Positions 1 through 11,211 are shown, counted from the first letter of the stretch. The stretch is DNA of 64,000 nt from Owenia fusiformis (GCA_903813345.2 CAIIXF020000001.1:7564001-7628000), one strand, 5' to 3'. Program-made: numbers and translations. The notes: generated by a model not told the origin, from the sequence alone.

Positions 1-56
1 TGGCTCCCCTGCACTAATTGTTGCACCTTTAAATGAATATCAAATAAATCATGAAG

Positions 57-262
57 CAGTGGTCTCCCCAGCGTTAAAGCAAGTGGGCGCAGCACCCACC
101 TGAGATTTTGGAAGCAGCTTTGAACACACCTGAAAATCCATTTGAACCCACTTGAAAATTAGAAAAATCATGAAAAATAGGCATATTTTGACCAATTTTG
201 GGCTCAATTGTGAAACTGAAAATTTTGCACCTACTTGAGAAAAAATCATGGGTAGATCACTG
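57..262. mobile_element. Small non-autonomous DNA element (MITE) in a DMAP1 intron
   Basis: Imperfect TIRs CAGTGGTCTCCCCA / TGGGTAGATCACTG and a 5-bp TSD TGAAG (52-56, 263-267). Confidence 0.7.
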
Positions 263-335
263 TGAAGTATTGTACACTTATCTCAAAATTAAAGAACTGT
301 GCCATTCTTTGTGATTGGACTAATAAATTTCTTAC

Positions 336-427
336 TTGTTATCTGTCCATATAAGTCCCCACAGTTCTCTGTGCATCCCCTCAGGTCTCTTGAACTGTAT
401 TCCATCAGCCTTCTTCAGTGGTTTCTT
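336..427 (-). CDS. DMAP1: DMAP1 second coding exon (KKPLKKADGIQFKRPEGMHRELWGLIWTDN); the gene continues beyond the window start
   Basis: CAG acceptor at 430-428 and GTAAG donor at 335. FKRPEGMHRE is the conserved DMAP1/Eaf2 N-terminal motif. Confidence 0.92.
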
Positions 428-658
428 CTGGAAACACCATATACAAAGCATAAATATATTGAAGTTGAATGTACATGCTTGAAATATTATTTCCTAACTT
501 CAATTAAAAGAACACAAGATGTTAAACTTTGAAAGTAATCTCTCCAATTTCATTTAAATTGACTTTTTGTTTTTTCAAAATGCTTAAAAAATAAGCATTA
601 TTGTACTACTTTATGAATGAAACAATCGTCAAGGTTTTCAATGAATATGAATAACTAT

Positions 659-820
659 CAGAGCCGTAGCCAGCTTTCAGTCTGATCGCATTTTTGTGCG
701 ATCACTAAATTTTTTTTTGTGTTTTCAGTCAGGTGGTGTGTGCGATTGTGGCATAAACAAGCAAAAAATAAGAATTATTTTGAATTTTACATCGCACCCC
801 CCCCCCTGGCTACACATATG
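659..820. mobile_element. Small non-autonomous DNA element in a DMAP1 intron
   Basis: Ends CAGAGCCGTAGCCAG / CTGGCTACACATATG, subterminal GCACCCCCC, and a 5-bp TSD ACTAT (654-658, 821-825). Confidence 0.65.
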
Positions 821-870
821 ACTATTTGGGTGAAGAAGTGTCAATAGGATAAAAGTAAATACAATCTTAC

Positions 871-960
871 TGATCTAAGTAAGTTTTCTTTTGTCATGGG
901 AGTTGGTTCATTATTGATATCTAAGATATCCCTGATGTCACTTCCTCCTCCAGCCTCCAT
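871..960 (-). CDS. DMAP1: DNA methyltransferase 1-associated protein 1, first coding exon (MEAGGGSDIRDILDINNEPTPMTKENLLRS)
   Basis: ATG at 960-958 just inside an AG acceptor, GTAAG donor at 870. The D(I/V)RDIL motif matches the DMAP1 N-terminus. Phase 0 joins the next exon in frame. Confidence 0.88.
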
Positions 961-1009
961 GGTTCAGCTGAAAAATAGATTAATATCATGATTACAAAGT
1001 TTGAATTCA

Positions 1010-1060
1010 AACAGCCGCCATTTTGCTCACTCCAGAATTTGAATCGGAAGTGTTGGCCTT
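1010..1060 (-). promoter_or_regulatory. Probable DMAP1 non-coding first exon/TSS region
   Basis: Minus-strand GTGAG donor at 1030-1026, followed by a YY1-type AAAATGGCGGC. An ETS-like CGGAAGT lies at about 1045-1051. Confidence 0.4.
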
Positions 1061-1136
1061 ATTTCCAAATAAAGAAAATTCTAAAACACACAACAAGTGA
1101 TCGAGAATAAAAATGACATTTTTACACATTACAAGA

Positions 1137-1332
1137 GGCAATCTGCGCGAGATTCCATTTTTTGGTTCAGTTTTTAGCGCATGCGCATTAAATCCAGCAA
1201 TTTAATTGGTTCAAATTATTATTACAATTTAAACCGAACCGATGGCAGAAAAGCACTTTGAATCATGGGAATGAAGTACTTCCTTTAATGAAAAACAGAA
1301 CCAATTAAAAACCGAATCTCGCGCAGATTGCC
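1137..1332. mobile_element. MITE-like inverted-repeat element
   Basis: Perfect 19-bp IR GGCAATCTGCGCGAGATTC / GAATCTCGCGCAGATTGCC. No clear TSD. Confidence 0.55.
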
Positions 1333-1359
1333 CCGACTACATTTTTATTGTTGGAAAAA

Positions 1360-1687
1360 CACAGATATTGGCCAGATCGTTTTGTAATATGATCTCATAG
1401 GCTCAAAGAATAATACAGAAGATGCGTCACTAAATTGGAAAATTTCAAAAAAATGTCACTGTTTTGGCCTCTTATCGATGCAGTATTGCTTGAATAACGG
1501 TCATTGGTGATAAAAAAAGTTAAAGAATAACAAGACGCTTCTAATGAGGTATGATTTGTCTCATATTTTTCAGAAATGGCTCCACAATCGTAATTTTAAA
1601 AATTTGAAATTTTCTGAGGTGTCTCATCTTGAGGAATATTTATTGAGCTACTGATCCTACTACAAAATAATCTGGCCGGGATCTATG
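1360..1687. mobile_element. MITE; same family as 59288-60409
   Basis: Termini CACAGATATTGGCCAGAT / ATCTGGCCGGGATCTATG, flanked by TTGGAAAA-like direct repeats. Shares both ends with 59288-60409. Confidence 0.6.
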
Positions 1688-3559
1688 TTGGAAAATATCA
1701 AGTTGCGTCCCTGGGAGCCAATCCTCCTTGTCAAGGAGGATTGGCTCCCAGAATGCAACACCGATATTCTGCAAAACAATCACCTAGCGATAGCTTTGTT
1801 GGAGAGTATCGGGTCATTCTCCATGCAGTCGTACAAATTATACAGACACGAATAGCAAATGACGCATGCGTGGAGATTAAAGAATATCGAGTTGGAACCC
1901 TGGCTTCCAATCCTCCTTGCCTCCTTGATCAAAAAAATGAAAAGGTGTCACTACGGTAAATCATTGAAAAATATTGAAAAAATTCACAAAATTCAAGTTC
2001 TGGGGTACATGTCGCTATTTTCGAACGAACTAGCCCATACAATGACTATATTTCTGCGTTCCCCTATACATAACCTTCATATTGACACTATATTTAACAT
2101 AGGGTTTGCGTCTCGATTTTTAAATATCACTACGCCAACATAGGGACTCATTTTTAGGTAAAATCCCTGCTTCACCGATGAAAATTAACGAATAAAGTAG
2201 TTCCAGTTTACGGGACTATATTCTTGCGATTTTTTTCTTAAAATGGCACATTTAGAAAGTACTTGGCCTCAGCTTTACATACATACCTCAAATGGCCACA
2301 TTGCATACACTTAAACCTACTATACACACCATTGAAGTTGGCATGGCTTCGTTTTTAAAGTATTAAAAAACACTGTCCTACCCGGAAGTGCTATTTACAG
2401 GAGTGACACCTTAATACCCAAAACGGGAAAATTTGACCATGATATTTTTTGCTCATTTAGCATTTTTTCAAACAATTGAGTTATTTCATGCTCGAAACAG
2501 CTGCATTTCCAAACTTTTAACACGTTTTCTACAAAATCTAGCCATATTTGGGGAAATAGGTGAGGGCTGAGTCTCTAAAAACTGGCCAAAATGACCTAAA
2601 ATTGGGTCATCAACTTCAGAGATCTCATGCAAAAATTTTAGACGCAAAATCTCCGAGATTATTTCATTTTGTCAATCACTATAGCAATGCCTTTCAAGTA
2701 TTACACAGAATGAACTGAAATGTAAGTTGCCAAATGCAAATATTTTGAGTCAAATGTGGTCCCCATGTGCAAAATTTGCCCATTTACTCCTAGTTACGCC
2801 AGTTAGGCCGCAGTGTATTGTGACATCATACTCATACCATTGCTACAATGTAGCAATTTACAAATTAATCTTGATTACTCTTCCTGTGATACACCTGGCG
2901 TGTTTATTAAGCCTGTAAAAATGATAATTTGCAACATTGTAGCAATTTAAATGAGGTATGGAACCTTAAAATCATGCAATTTATGGAGAAATGACCAGCA
3001 ATTTTGACGGAATTCCAGTTGATTTGTTCCCATTTATGATCCCTTTGGGCCCCGTTTGGGCCCCCGTTTGGCCATTCTGATAGGCACAGGATGTTTAAAT
3101 GTGAATTAAAAGCATTTTGTGGCCTAGCCTGAATGTAAATATCGACTCTATTGTGAAATTCTACAAATTCTACAACATCCATGGTCTCTGCGCAAATGGC
3201 AGCCAATCTAAGGCGGGGATATTAAGGTGTCACTACGGTAAATCATTGAAAAATATTGAAAAAATTCACAAAATTCAAGTTCTGGGGTACATGTCGCTAT
3301 TTTCGAACGAACTAGCCCATACAATGACTATATTTCTGCGTTCCCCTATACATAACCTTCATATTGACACTATATTTAACATAGGGTTTGCGTCTCGATT
3401 TTTAAATATCACTACGCCAACATAGGGACTCATTTTTAGGTAAAATCCCTGCTTCACCGATGAAAATTAACGAATAAAGTAGTTCCAGTTTACGGGACTA
3501 TATTCTTGCGATTTTTTTCTTAAAATGGCACATTTAGAAAGTACTTGGCCTCAGCTTTA

Positions 3560-5289
3560 GGTATGAGTACCGTAATCCAACACCAAATTTGAAAATTCAT
3601 AACAATACTTTGCACATATGGCGTTCGTGACCAACTATAAAACGCTTACCCCCCATAGTGTTATATATCAAAATGTACCTGTTCATATAGGGGTTCGATT
3701 GATCTACATCATATTATAGGGAGTCAGGTTACTTTTTGAGATATCAGCGTCCATTTATTGTAACTCGCGTTTGCCACCACTTCCTCAATTCTGATATGAC
3801 GAGCAAACGCGTAGTAGACATGCTCACGTCGGAACTATTTTTGACATTCATCGCTATTTTCGTAATTCAAATGAAAGTTGAACTCCTCCTCTTCATTTTG
3901 ATACCAAATAGTGGCATACTAGGTACCCTAGAAGCCAACTATGATGTTATTTAGAACAATACCACAGGTTTTTAAATGGACTATATAGGGGTCATACCTT
4001 TTGGCGGATGGATATGGAACCTCATACCTTAATGTCTTATGACATCACACTGATTTTTGTCTCTGCAACTTTTTTTGGCGGAAAATATCATTTTTAGTTC
4101 AAAAATGCATAAAAACGTCGAAATTGGCTGAATATGTGAAAAATTTATCCATTTAGGCTAGAAAGGGTTAATTTGCCCTACCCCAAATACGTCTAAATAT
4201 GCTAGTCTAACTTTGCCACTGTGACGTCACAAATCTAACCTGACTATCTCCGAGTTTATTGAAGAAAATGATACGTCTGACAAACAGCTTTCATTCCCTA
4301 TATGGCACACCTTCTACTAAGAGTTGCATCATTGACTAAATCTAAGACAAAGGCCCTGTGTCCCGAGGATTTTGACTGAAATTTGGCCATTTTCGCCCAA
4401 ATCTAACTAAATTGCAGTTTCCCTCACACCTGTATTTTGAAATAAATATTGCTACAATGTAGCAATTTAAAAATCATACATGCTTACTGTTTCTGTCGAC
4501 CTGACACGTGTATCTAGCCTGTAAAAATGAAAAATTGCTACATTGTAGCAATTTTACTGAGATATGGGCCCTGAAAATCATGCAATTTTAGCAAAAAATG
4601 AAGAAATAACCTGCAATTTTGACGGAATTTCAGAGGGCTTTCTTTCATTCGTGACCCTCCACGGGCCTCTTATGACCATTCTTATACTCACAGAATGGTT
4701 GAAAGTGATTTCAAATCATTGTTTGCCCTAAGCAGAACGAAAAAAATCGATTCTATCCTCAAATTCTGCTGGAATATTGGTCTCTGGCCAACTAGCAGAC
4801 AATTTTAGGCCTCATATTAAGGTATGAGTACCGTAATCCAACACCAAATTCGAAAATTCATAACAATACTTTGCACATATGGCGTTCGTGACCAACTATA
4901 AAACGCTTACCCCCCATAGTGTTATATATCAAAATGTACCTGTTCATATAGGGGTTCGATTGATCTACATCATATTATAGGGAGTCAGGTTACTTTTTGA
5001 GATATCAGCGTCCATTTATTGTAACTCGCGTTTGCCACCACTTCCTCAATTCTGATATGACGAGCAAACGCGTAGTAGACATGCTCACGTCGGAACTATT
5101 GTTGACATACATCGCTATTTTCGTAATTCAAATGAAAGTTGAACTCCTCCTCTTCATTTTGATACCAAATAGTGGCATACTAGGTACCCTAGAAGCCAAC
5201 TATGATGTTATTTAGAACAATACCACAGGTTTTTAAATGGACTATATAGGGGTCATACCTTTTGGCGGATGGATATGGAACCTCATACC
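3560..5289. mobile_element. Non-autonomous composite DNA transposon with long terminal direct repeats (KolobokP-like), nested inner element
   Basis: 469-bp direct repeats at 3560-4028 and 4821-5289 (about 3 differences), each GGTATGAG...CTCATACC. TTAA-bounded internal region 4029-4820. TTTA TSD at 3556-3559 and 5290-5293; the empty site is visible in LTDR1 of the outer element. Confidence 0.88.
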
Positions 5290-5334
5290 TTTACATACAT
5301 ACCTCAAATGGCCACATTGCATACACTTAAACCT

Positions 5335-5691
5335 TAGACTATATCCTATTTAGTCTGAATTATATTCAGACTATAAGGCACCTATGTTAAAGTTTGGTAA
5401 TTCAAAATATTTATTTACATAGGAAGTGCTATTCAAAATGGCCGATTGGGTAAAATTAATTTGCACATTTTTACTTCAACTAGCTTTATTTCCACTTGAC
5501 AATATGCTGTGTTACTTTATATTGCATTTAATTGTACCTTACTATTTAATTGACATTTTGTAATGTTTATTTTTTTGAAGAAATGGTTCCTCTAATTGAT
5601 AATTTTGTGCAAAAAATTTCACTGCAATTTCCACAGGAAAGTAGTACATCATAACAGACTGACTTCTAGTCAGTCTGTTGGATACATACTA
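5335..5691. mobile_element. 357-bp non-autonomous DNA element with TAG...CTA ends and a 10-bp TSD (Academ- or MULE-like; class uncertain)
   Basis: TSD ACTTAAACCT at 5325-5334 and 5692-5701, with the empty site at about 2308-2317. Imperfect TIR TAGACTATATCC / GGATACATACTA and a subterminal 11-bp-stem hairpin at 5653-5679. Confidence 0.75.
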
Positions 5692-6355
5692 ACTTAAACC
5701 TACTATACACACCATTGAAGTTGGCATGGCTTCGTTTTTAAAGTATTAAAAAACACTGTCCTACCCGGAAGTGCTATTTACATGCGTGGAGATTAAAGAA
5801 TATCGAGTTGGAACCCTGGCTTCCAATCCTCCTTGCCTCCTTGATCAAAAAAATGAAAACATGAAAATTATTCAACTTCCGGTTTTTCAAAATGACTCGT
5901 AAAAATATAAATTACACAAATAATATTGAATTGAAACTCTATATATCTACTTACGTTTGATCTTCACAATTATTTCCTGTGGTTGAACCTTACGACGATG
6001 TTCCTGATCTTTCAAGCAAGAGATGAAGTCAAAAGAAACAAAAATGTAAAAATCAGTTTCTGAGGGCCGCCATATTTTTTGTACTGCAGCCACTAGCAGT
6101 CAAAATAGATCTTGTATGTTTTCTCCAATCAAGACTCTATTTACGATATTATAAACAAAACTTGATTAAATATATAACTTAATTATAAATGAATAGAGTG
6201 ATATAGTAAAGAAAGTAAATATTTGATCAAAATAAGTGCAGAGTTTAGTACCATTTTGTAAAATCTGCAGTTTATTTACACTGTCAACAAGTTTTGGAAT
6301 TTGGACCAAGAGTTTCCAGGTTATAAATGAATAAGTAGCATGCAAATCAATCAAC

Positions 6356-6719
6356 ATGCAAAGACATTATAAACACATCATTTCCAGGTGCTTTAGCCTG
6401 GTAGCCAAAGAGAAGCCAAAGAGGCAAGGTCAAATATTGAGGACTTTGAATGGAGAAGTTGACACTTCTTCAGAACATTTTCAAAACAATTTAGAACATT
6501 CCAAGAGCCTTGCTGAAAAGTACAAACAAGTGTTATCTGTGGCTGAGGCTGGTGGTGGTGAAAAGGGAAAACAGCTTCATGTCGTGCGTAACAAAAAAAT
6601 TCTGATACGAGATCGCTTGAAGCTTTTATTAGATGAAGATTCAGAGTTTCTCGAATTGTCGCCATTAGCGGGTATGGGAATGGAATATGGCGACATCCCA
6701 TGTGCAAGTAATGTAAATG
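6356..6719 (+). CDS. MCCC2-like: MCCC2-like exon 1 (basic, mitochondrial-presequence-like N-terminus to FLELSPLAG...NVNG)
   Basis: ORF-track translation with GGGEKG...RDRLKLLLD..SEFLELS; GTATGT donor at 6720. The start codon is inferred. Confidence 0.85.
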
Positions 6720-6974
6720 GTATGTAGCATTGCCACGGTTATACCAGGCTTTCACGATAACACTACCATGGTCATGGCAGTATCCTGTGAAACTTAAAAA
6801 CTTTAATAACATGGTGACGGTTGTGCCAGGCATAAGTCTTGCAATAGATAGCACTGTTAAAAAGGCATAAAAATTAGATTTAACCCATACTGTAATTTCC
6901 CTGTTCAACTCTGTATCTGTGTTACTTTTTCCAATTAAAGCAAATACATGTTCAATCTTCAAAATTATTTTCAG

Positions 6975-7153
6975 GTATTGGAAAAATCCATGGAAGATGG
7001 TGTATGGTACTGGGAAATGATGCAACCACCAAGGGAGGTACTATCTTCCCTATATCTATCAAGAAGAACCTACGTAGTCAGAAGATAGCAGAGGAGAACA
7101 TGTTACCTTGTGTGTATATAGTTGACAGTGGTGGAGCATTCTTGCCTCTTCAG
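6975..7153 (+). CDS. MCCC2-like: MCCC2-like exon 2 ([22 protein letters not shown]...[11 protein letters not shown])
   Basis: TTTCAG acceptor, GTAAAA donor, conserved carboxyltransferase motifs. Confidence 0.93.
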
Positions 7154-7366
7154 GTAAAAGCATCCTCTGGCCACAGTGCTCCAAGATCCAGAATGAGTTC
7201 TGTAACCCTATATTATACAGAGGATGGGTAAAAAGTTTGAACATCTCATTCATAAACAATCGTTGCTTTAGATTCAAATCATGCTTAAACAATACATTTG
7301 CAGTATAATGATCATTCGGCAACTGAGTATTTTATTATCAAACTATACATTATTTTTTATTTTCAG

Positions 7367-7447
7367 TCGGATATATTCCCTGACAGAGATCATGGGGGAC
7401 AGAATTTTAACAATGAAGCGGTGATGTCATCTAAAGGAATTCCTCAG
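7367..7447 (+). CDS. MCCC2-like: MCCC2-like exon 3 ([27 protein letters not shown])
   Basis: TTTCAG acceptor, GTATAA donor, FPDRDH motif. Confidence 0.92.
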
Positions 7448-8080
7448 GTATAAAAACAAAATGGCCATGTTTACAGTTGGATTGAAACACATTTGCTCCA
7501 AATTCCTTAGATATGGTCATACTTACTTTTGTTGCAATTGTTCTTGCAAAAGAAGTCATGAGAGGGATATTGGATATCCCTACAAGATCTCAGCCAGCTG
7601 ATTTTTGCAATGAGTACATGGACTTTCCTCTCACTTCAAGGATTGCTTCCAAAAGGTGTAACATGAGTGGGTGCATGGTCAAACAGCAGGTCTGCATTAA
7701 TGCTCATTGCTCATGGTGCCTACATGAGCTCATGAGTACCATAAAAAAGTTAGCCTCTAATTGATTTTTGTTCTAGCTACATATTCCCAAAATAAATCCC
7801 TGATATGTGACTGTTACTTTCAACACTCAAAACACTGTCCTAAAGTGATGCCAGAACTTGGGTCAACATTCAGCCATTCTTATATTTGTTGTAACACCAT
7901 ATAGTCTAATAGTTACCATAGCAAGAGTGAAAAGTGATTCAAATTACAGTTGAACTGTTGGAGTCTCTATGTTTTTTTATCAAAAGATGATATTGCCATT
8001 AATTCATATAGGTACATGCACAGGTCGTACATGAGGGACCCATTCCCAAGTGACATTACACATTATTATGTGTGTTTTAG

Positions 8081-8259
8081 GTAGCTATAGTATGTGGCAG
8101 TTGTACAGCAGGGGGCGCCTATGTTCCAACTATGGCTACAGAGGCTGTCATTGTACACAAGATAGGAACTATTTTCCTCGGTGGACCCCCACTTGTTTAT
8201 GCAGCTCTGGGAGAGGTGGTCTCGCAGGAAGATCTTGGGGGTGGAATGATGCATTCTAG
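8081..8259 (+). CDS. MCCC2-like: MCCC2-like exon 4 ([16 protein letters not shown]...IFLGGPPLV...[10 protein letters not shown])
   Basis: TTTTAG acceptor, GTACAC donor, hallmark motifs. Confidence 0.94.
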
Positions 8260-9039
8260 GTACACAATGAAACTTCTGTAAAAATCCTTGTTTTCACTAA
8301 AAAGTGCTCCATTTGGAAGATGTTCCATAATTGGAGGCTCAATTTAATATTCCATGTGTCAATTCAAAGATTCCAATTTCAAGATGTTTCGCTTAAAGTG
8401 CAAAAATAATGTGTAAGAGATATGGCCCTCAAATACCCCTTTTTGATAACTTAAGATCAGAATTATGAAGAGAATGGTTAATATTAGTTTGATTTTTCAA
8501 GCTATATATTTCAAGTTCAATATCGATTATTTAAGGAATAAAGAATTGTGTTTTATTCTCTATTGGAAATTTAAAAGCATGAGTGCATGTACTAATTCAT
8601 ACACATAATGCTCGAAGACGAAGCCTGAGTACATTATGAGGATGGATTAGTACATGCATGCATGCCTTTCAATCCAATGAAGAATGATACAGGGTTCATT
8701 ATGAAACCAAAATGCACTTAAAAATAATGTTTCTGCTCAGTTGACAATATACCTTGAATTAATGCACTGAAATACTATAAACTGATTGGCTGAGACACAC
8801 TTTGCATATTTGATTATCTAGTACAACAGGGAGCACCAGCCCTTCATTCTGTTGCTTCGTTTTTTAACATTTGCATCTAAAATCTTCAATTCAATAGAAT
8901 ATGCAAAGATTGTACGGAAATTCAGATGAAAAATCGTCATACTGTTTAAATGGATTCCTTCATTTTACACTCATTTTCTTTGCTGCCATTTTAAGGTTTA
9001 CACTCAAATATATAGAATTACTACTTGCTCTGTTTCCAG

Positions 9040-9229
9040 TGTGAGTGGTTGCACAGACTACTATGAAAAAACAGAAGAAGATGCATTTCAAACGGGACGT
9101 GATATTATTGCTTGTTTAAACATTGACGAACCTGAGGACCTCATTGACTTCGAAGACCCCTTGTACAACATAAATGACATCCCTGGTATCATTCCAGTGG
9201 ACAATCAGCACAACATGGACATATACAAA
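9040..9229 (+). CDS. MCCC2-like: MCCC2-like exon 5 (VSGCTDYY...MDIYK)
   Basis: TTCCAG acceptor, GTAATT donor, phase consistent with neighbours. Confidence 0.9.
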
Positions 9230-9608
9230 GTAATTTTTATTTTTATGATTTAATCTGATCATGGAATCTGACATGCACCATTAGAGACTACATATTAGAT
9301 GCATTGACTTATATCAGATCCACTTCATATCAAATAAGTAATATACCAATAAAATTAATATATAGTTTGATAGATTTATAGCAACCATTTTCTATTTTGC
9401 AAAAGTAAACACTTATTTATAGGAGTAGCTGGCTTGCTTTAGTTGGTTACGCAGTATTTTTGAACCCTCAAAGACATTGTTCCAAAGTTTAAGTATCCTT
9501 TAGATGTCATTGCCCCATCCCCTGAGTTAAGCATATATCAAGTTTGTGGGTCTGGAAAACAGTAAATGAACTCAGTGACTAATAAGTAAGTTCACCATTA
9601 CATTACAG

Positions 9609-9700
9609 GTATTATCTCGGTTGGTTGATGGCAGTAGATTCCATGAGTATAAGGCACTATATGGGCCAACGCTTGTCACCGGGTTTGCCTTCATACATGG
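9609..9700 (+). CDS. MCCC2-like: MCCC2-like exon 6 ([31 protein letters not shown])
   Basis: CAG acceptor, GTAAGT donor, VDGSRF.E.K.LYG.TLVTGFA motif. Confidence 0.94.
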
Positions 9701-9995
9701 GTAAGTGTTACTAAAACTGTATTTTACTATCATGATATCCCAATTACATGGCCACTGGTTGAAATTTGGAAAGTTGAACCAAAGTACCAAGAGATGCACA
9801 TCTCTGATTTCTAAAGATTTGTCAGTGTAAATGGTATAATATTACATTGCAGATTATCCAAGTACACACCCTTTGAACAAATTGTCATATCTTATATGGA
9901 TCCACATTTGTGTGAACACGAACATGATAAAACATGAATATGTACAATATGAATTATCGAGAGTATATAAAACCTGATCTTGCCTTTATTCCTAG

Positions 9996-10156
9996 GCACC
10001 TTACAGGTATTTTAGGCAACAACCAGGGAAGTATCTCTGAACAGGCAGCGTTAAAAGCCACAAACTTTATACAACTCTGTAGACAGAGGAGATGTCCAAT
10101 TATATTTCTACAGAATACAACTCCTGAACAACACATTGCTCAGACTACAGAGGCAG
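9996..10156 (+). CDS. MCCC2-like: MCCC2-like exon 7 ([11 protein letters not shown]...FIQLC...[10 protein letters not shown]...)
   Basis: CCTAG acceptor, GTATGT donor. Confidence 0.9.
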
Positions 10157-10550
10157 GTATGTGTGCTACTAAGGAATAAAATGTTTCAGAAATTGATGAG
10201 ATTTGAATTAGAATATGCACAACTGACACTGGCAGATCCAGAAGCTAAAAAAAGCCAAAATATTTTTGGGCCATCCTGGGGGGGGGGGCATGCTAAAGTA
10301 AGTTGATGTTACTTATGATAATGTTGTTTTTATTTTGAAGGTTTTAACCCCTTTACATTCCAAAAGTGTTCCTTGACATTTCGTTTTCGCCTTTGAAAAA
10401 TTTCACCTCATAAATTAAACACATTAACTTTACTGCCTAGATCCCCTTGTATAAAACAATCTCACACAACATCGTATAGATGTTATAATTGTTTTTTGGG
10501 AGAAAATCAATGAAGAATATTTCTGTTTGTAATGAATTGTGCTATTTCAG

Positions 10551-10672
10551 CAATTGAATATAGTAAAAGAGTGAAGGCCCAAGCTGCAATGATGTCTGCC
10601 GTAGCCTGTGCAGATGTCCCAAAAATAACTATAATCATTGGAAATAGTTATGGTGCTGAAAATTATGCAATG
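10551..10672 (+). CDS. MCCC2-like: MCCC2-like exon 8 (…[28 protein letters not shown])
   Basis: TTTCAG acceptor, GTAAAT donor, AVACA.VPKIT.IIG.SYGA.NY motif. Confidence 0.92.
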
Positions 10673-11115
10673 GTAAATATATTAAAGGGTGATATCTACA
10701 AGTGGACTATCATACACTAAAAGTCCCTAACCATGGGAATTAAGTACTGTATCTGGTATTATGTTCAGTAATATCCCTTTTTAAAAAATTTTAGATTGAG
10801 AAATGCCTATAATACTTTGGAAATATATTATGTCTGTTGTGAGTAGCTACTCCCATCATGAAATCAGGGGAATAAAAAGGGAATACCTCCATCTTTTTTA
10901 CATTATTTTTTGCATATATCCATCCATCTCTCTGGATGATGACTCGAATGCCAGTGGTATAATTTCATTCAATTATAGGCATGTCCCTTGTTAGACTATC
11001 GTCAAAAGAGTTACAAAATAGTTACCCAGACCTTTTGTGAATGAACTCTGCAATTAATACATTGCATAAGTACCTCATTAGCTAAAACTTTTCTCTTACT
11101 GTGTTTTGTATTCAG

Positions 11116-11211
11116 GCTGGCAGGTCAATGAGCCCAAGCTTTCTGTTTGTGTGGCCCAATGCTAGGACCTGTCTGATGCAAGAAGAGCTTCTTGGCCAAG
11201 AAACTGTCCAG
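11116..11211 (+). CDS. MCCC2-like: MCCC2-like exon 9 (AGRSMSPSFLFVWPNARTCLM...ETVQ)
   Basis: TTCAG acceptor, GTAACA donor, GR...P.FL..WPNAR motif. Confidence 0.92.

Larger units (their letters stand above)
1944..5782. mobile_element. Non-autonomous composite DNA transposon with long terminal direct repeats (KolobokP-like), outer element
   Basis: LTDR1 is 1944-2410 (GGTGTCACT...AGTGACACC). The internal region 2411-3225 is bounded by TTAA at both ends. LTDR2 is 3226-5782, interrupted by two insertions and missing its last 11 bp. Confidence 0.8.

Noticed and set aside
1-12. Possible next DMAP1 exon (minus-strand TGCAG|GGGAGCCA)
   Set aside because: Only 8 nt are visible and the polypyrimidine tract is weak, so it cannot be supported.
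1741-5215. Duplicated short ORFs (1859/3117, 3736/4997 and others)
   Set aside because: They are chance ORFs inside non-coding terminal repeats, with no recognisable motifs.
1944-5782. LTR retrotransposon or TRIM interpretation of the direct repeats
   Set aside because: The repeats end GG...CC rather than TG...CA, have TTAA at their inner junctions, and show no evident PBS or PPT.
6393-7025. 210-aa minus-strand ORF
   Set aside because: It is antisense to MCCC2-like exons 1-2 and has no protein features.
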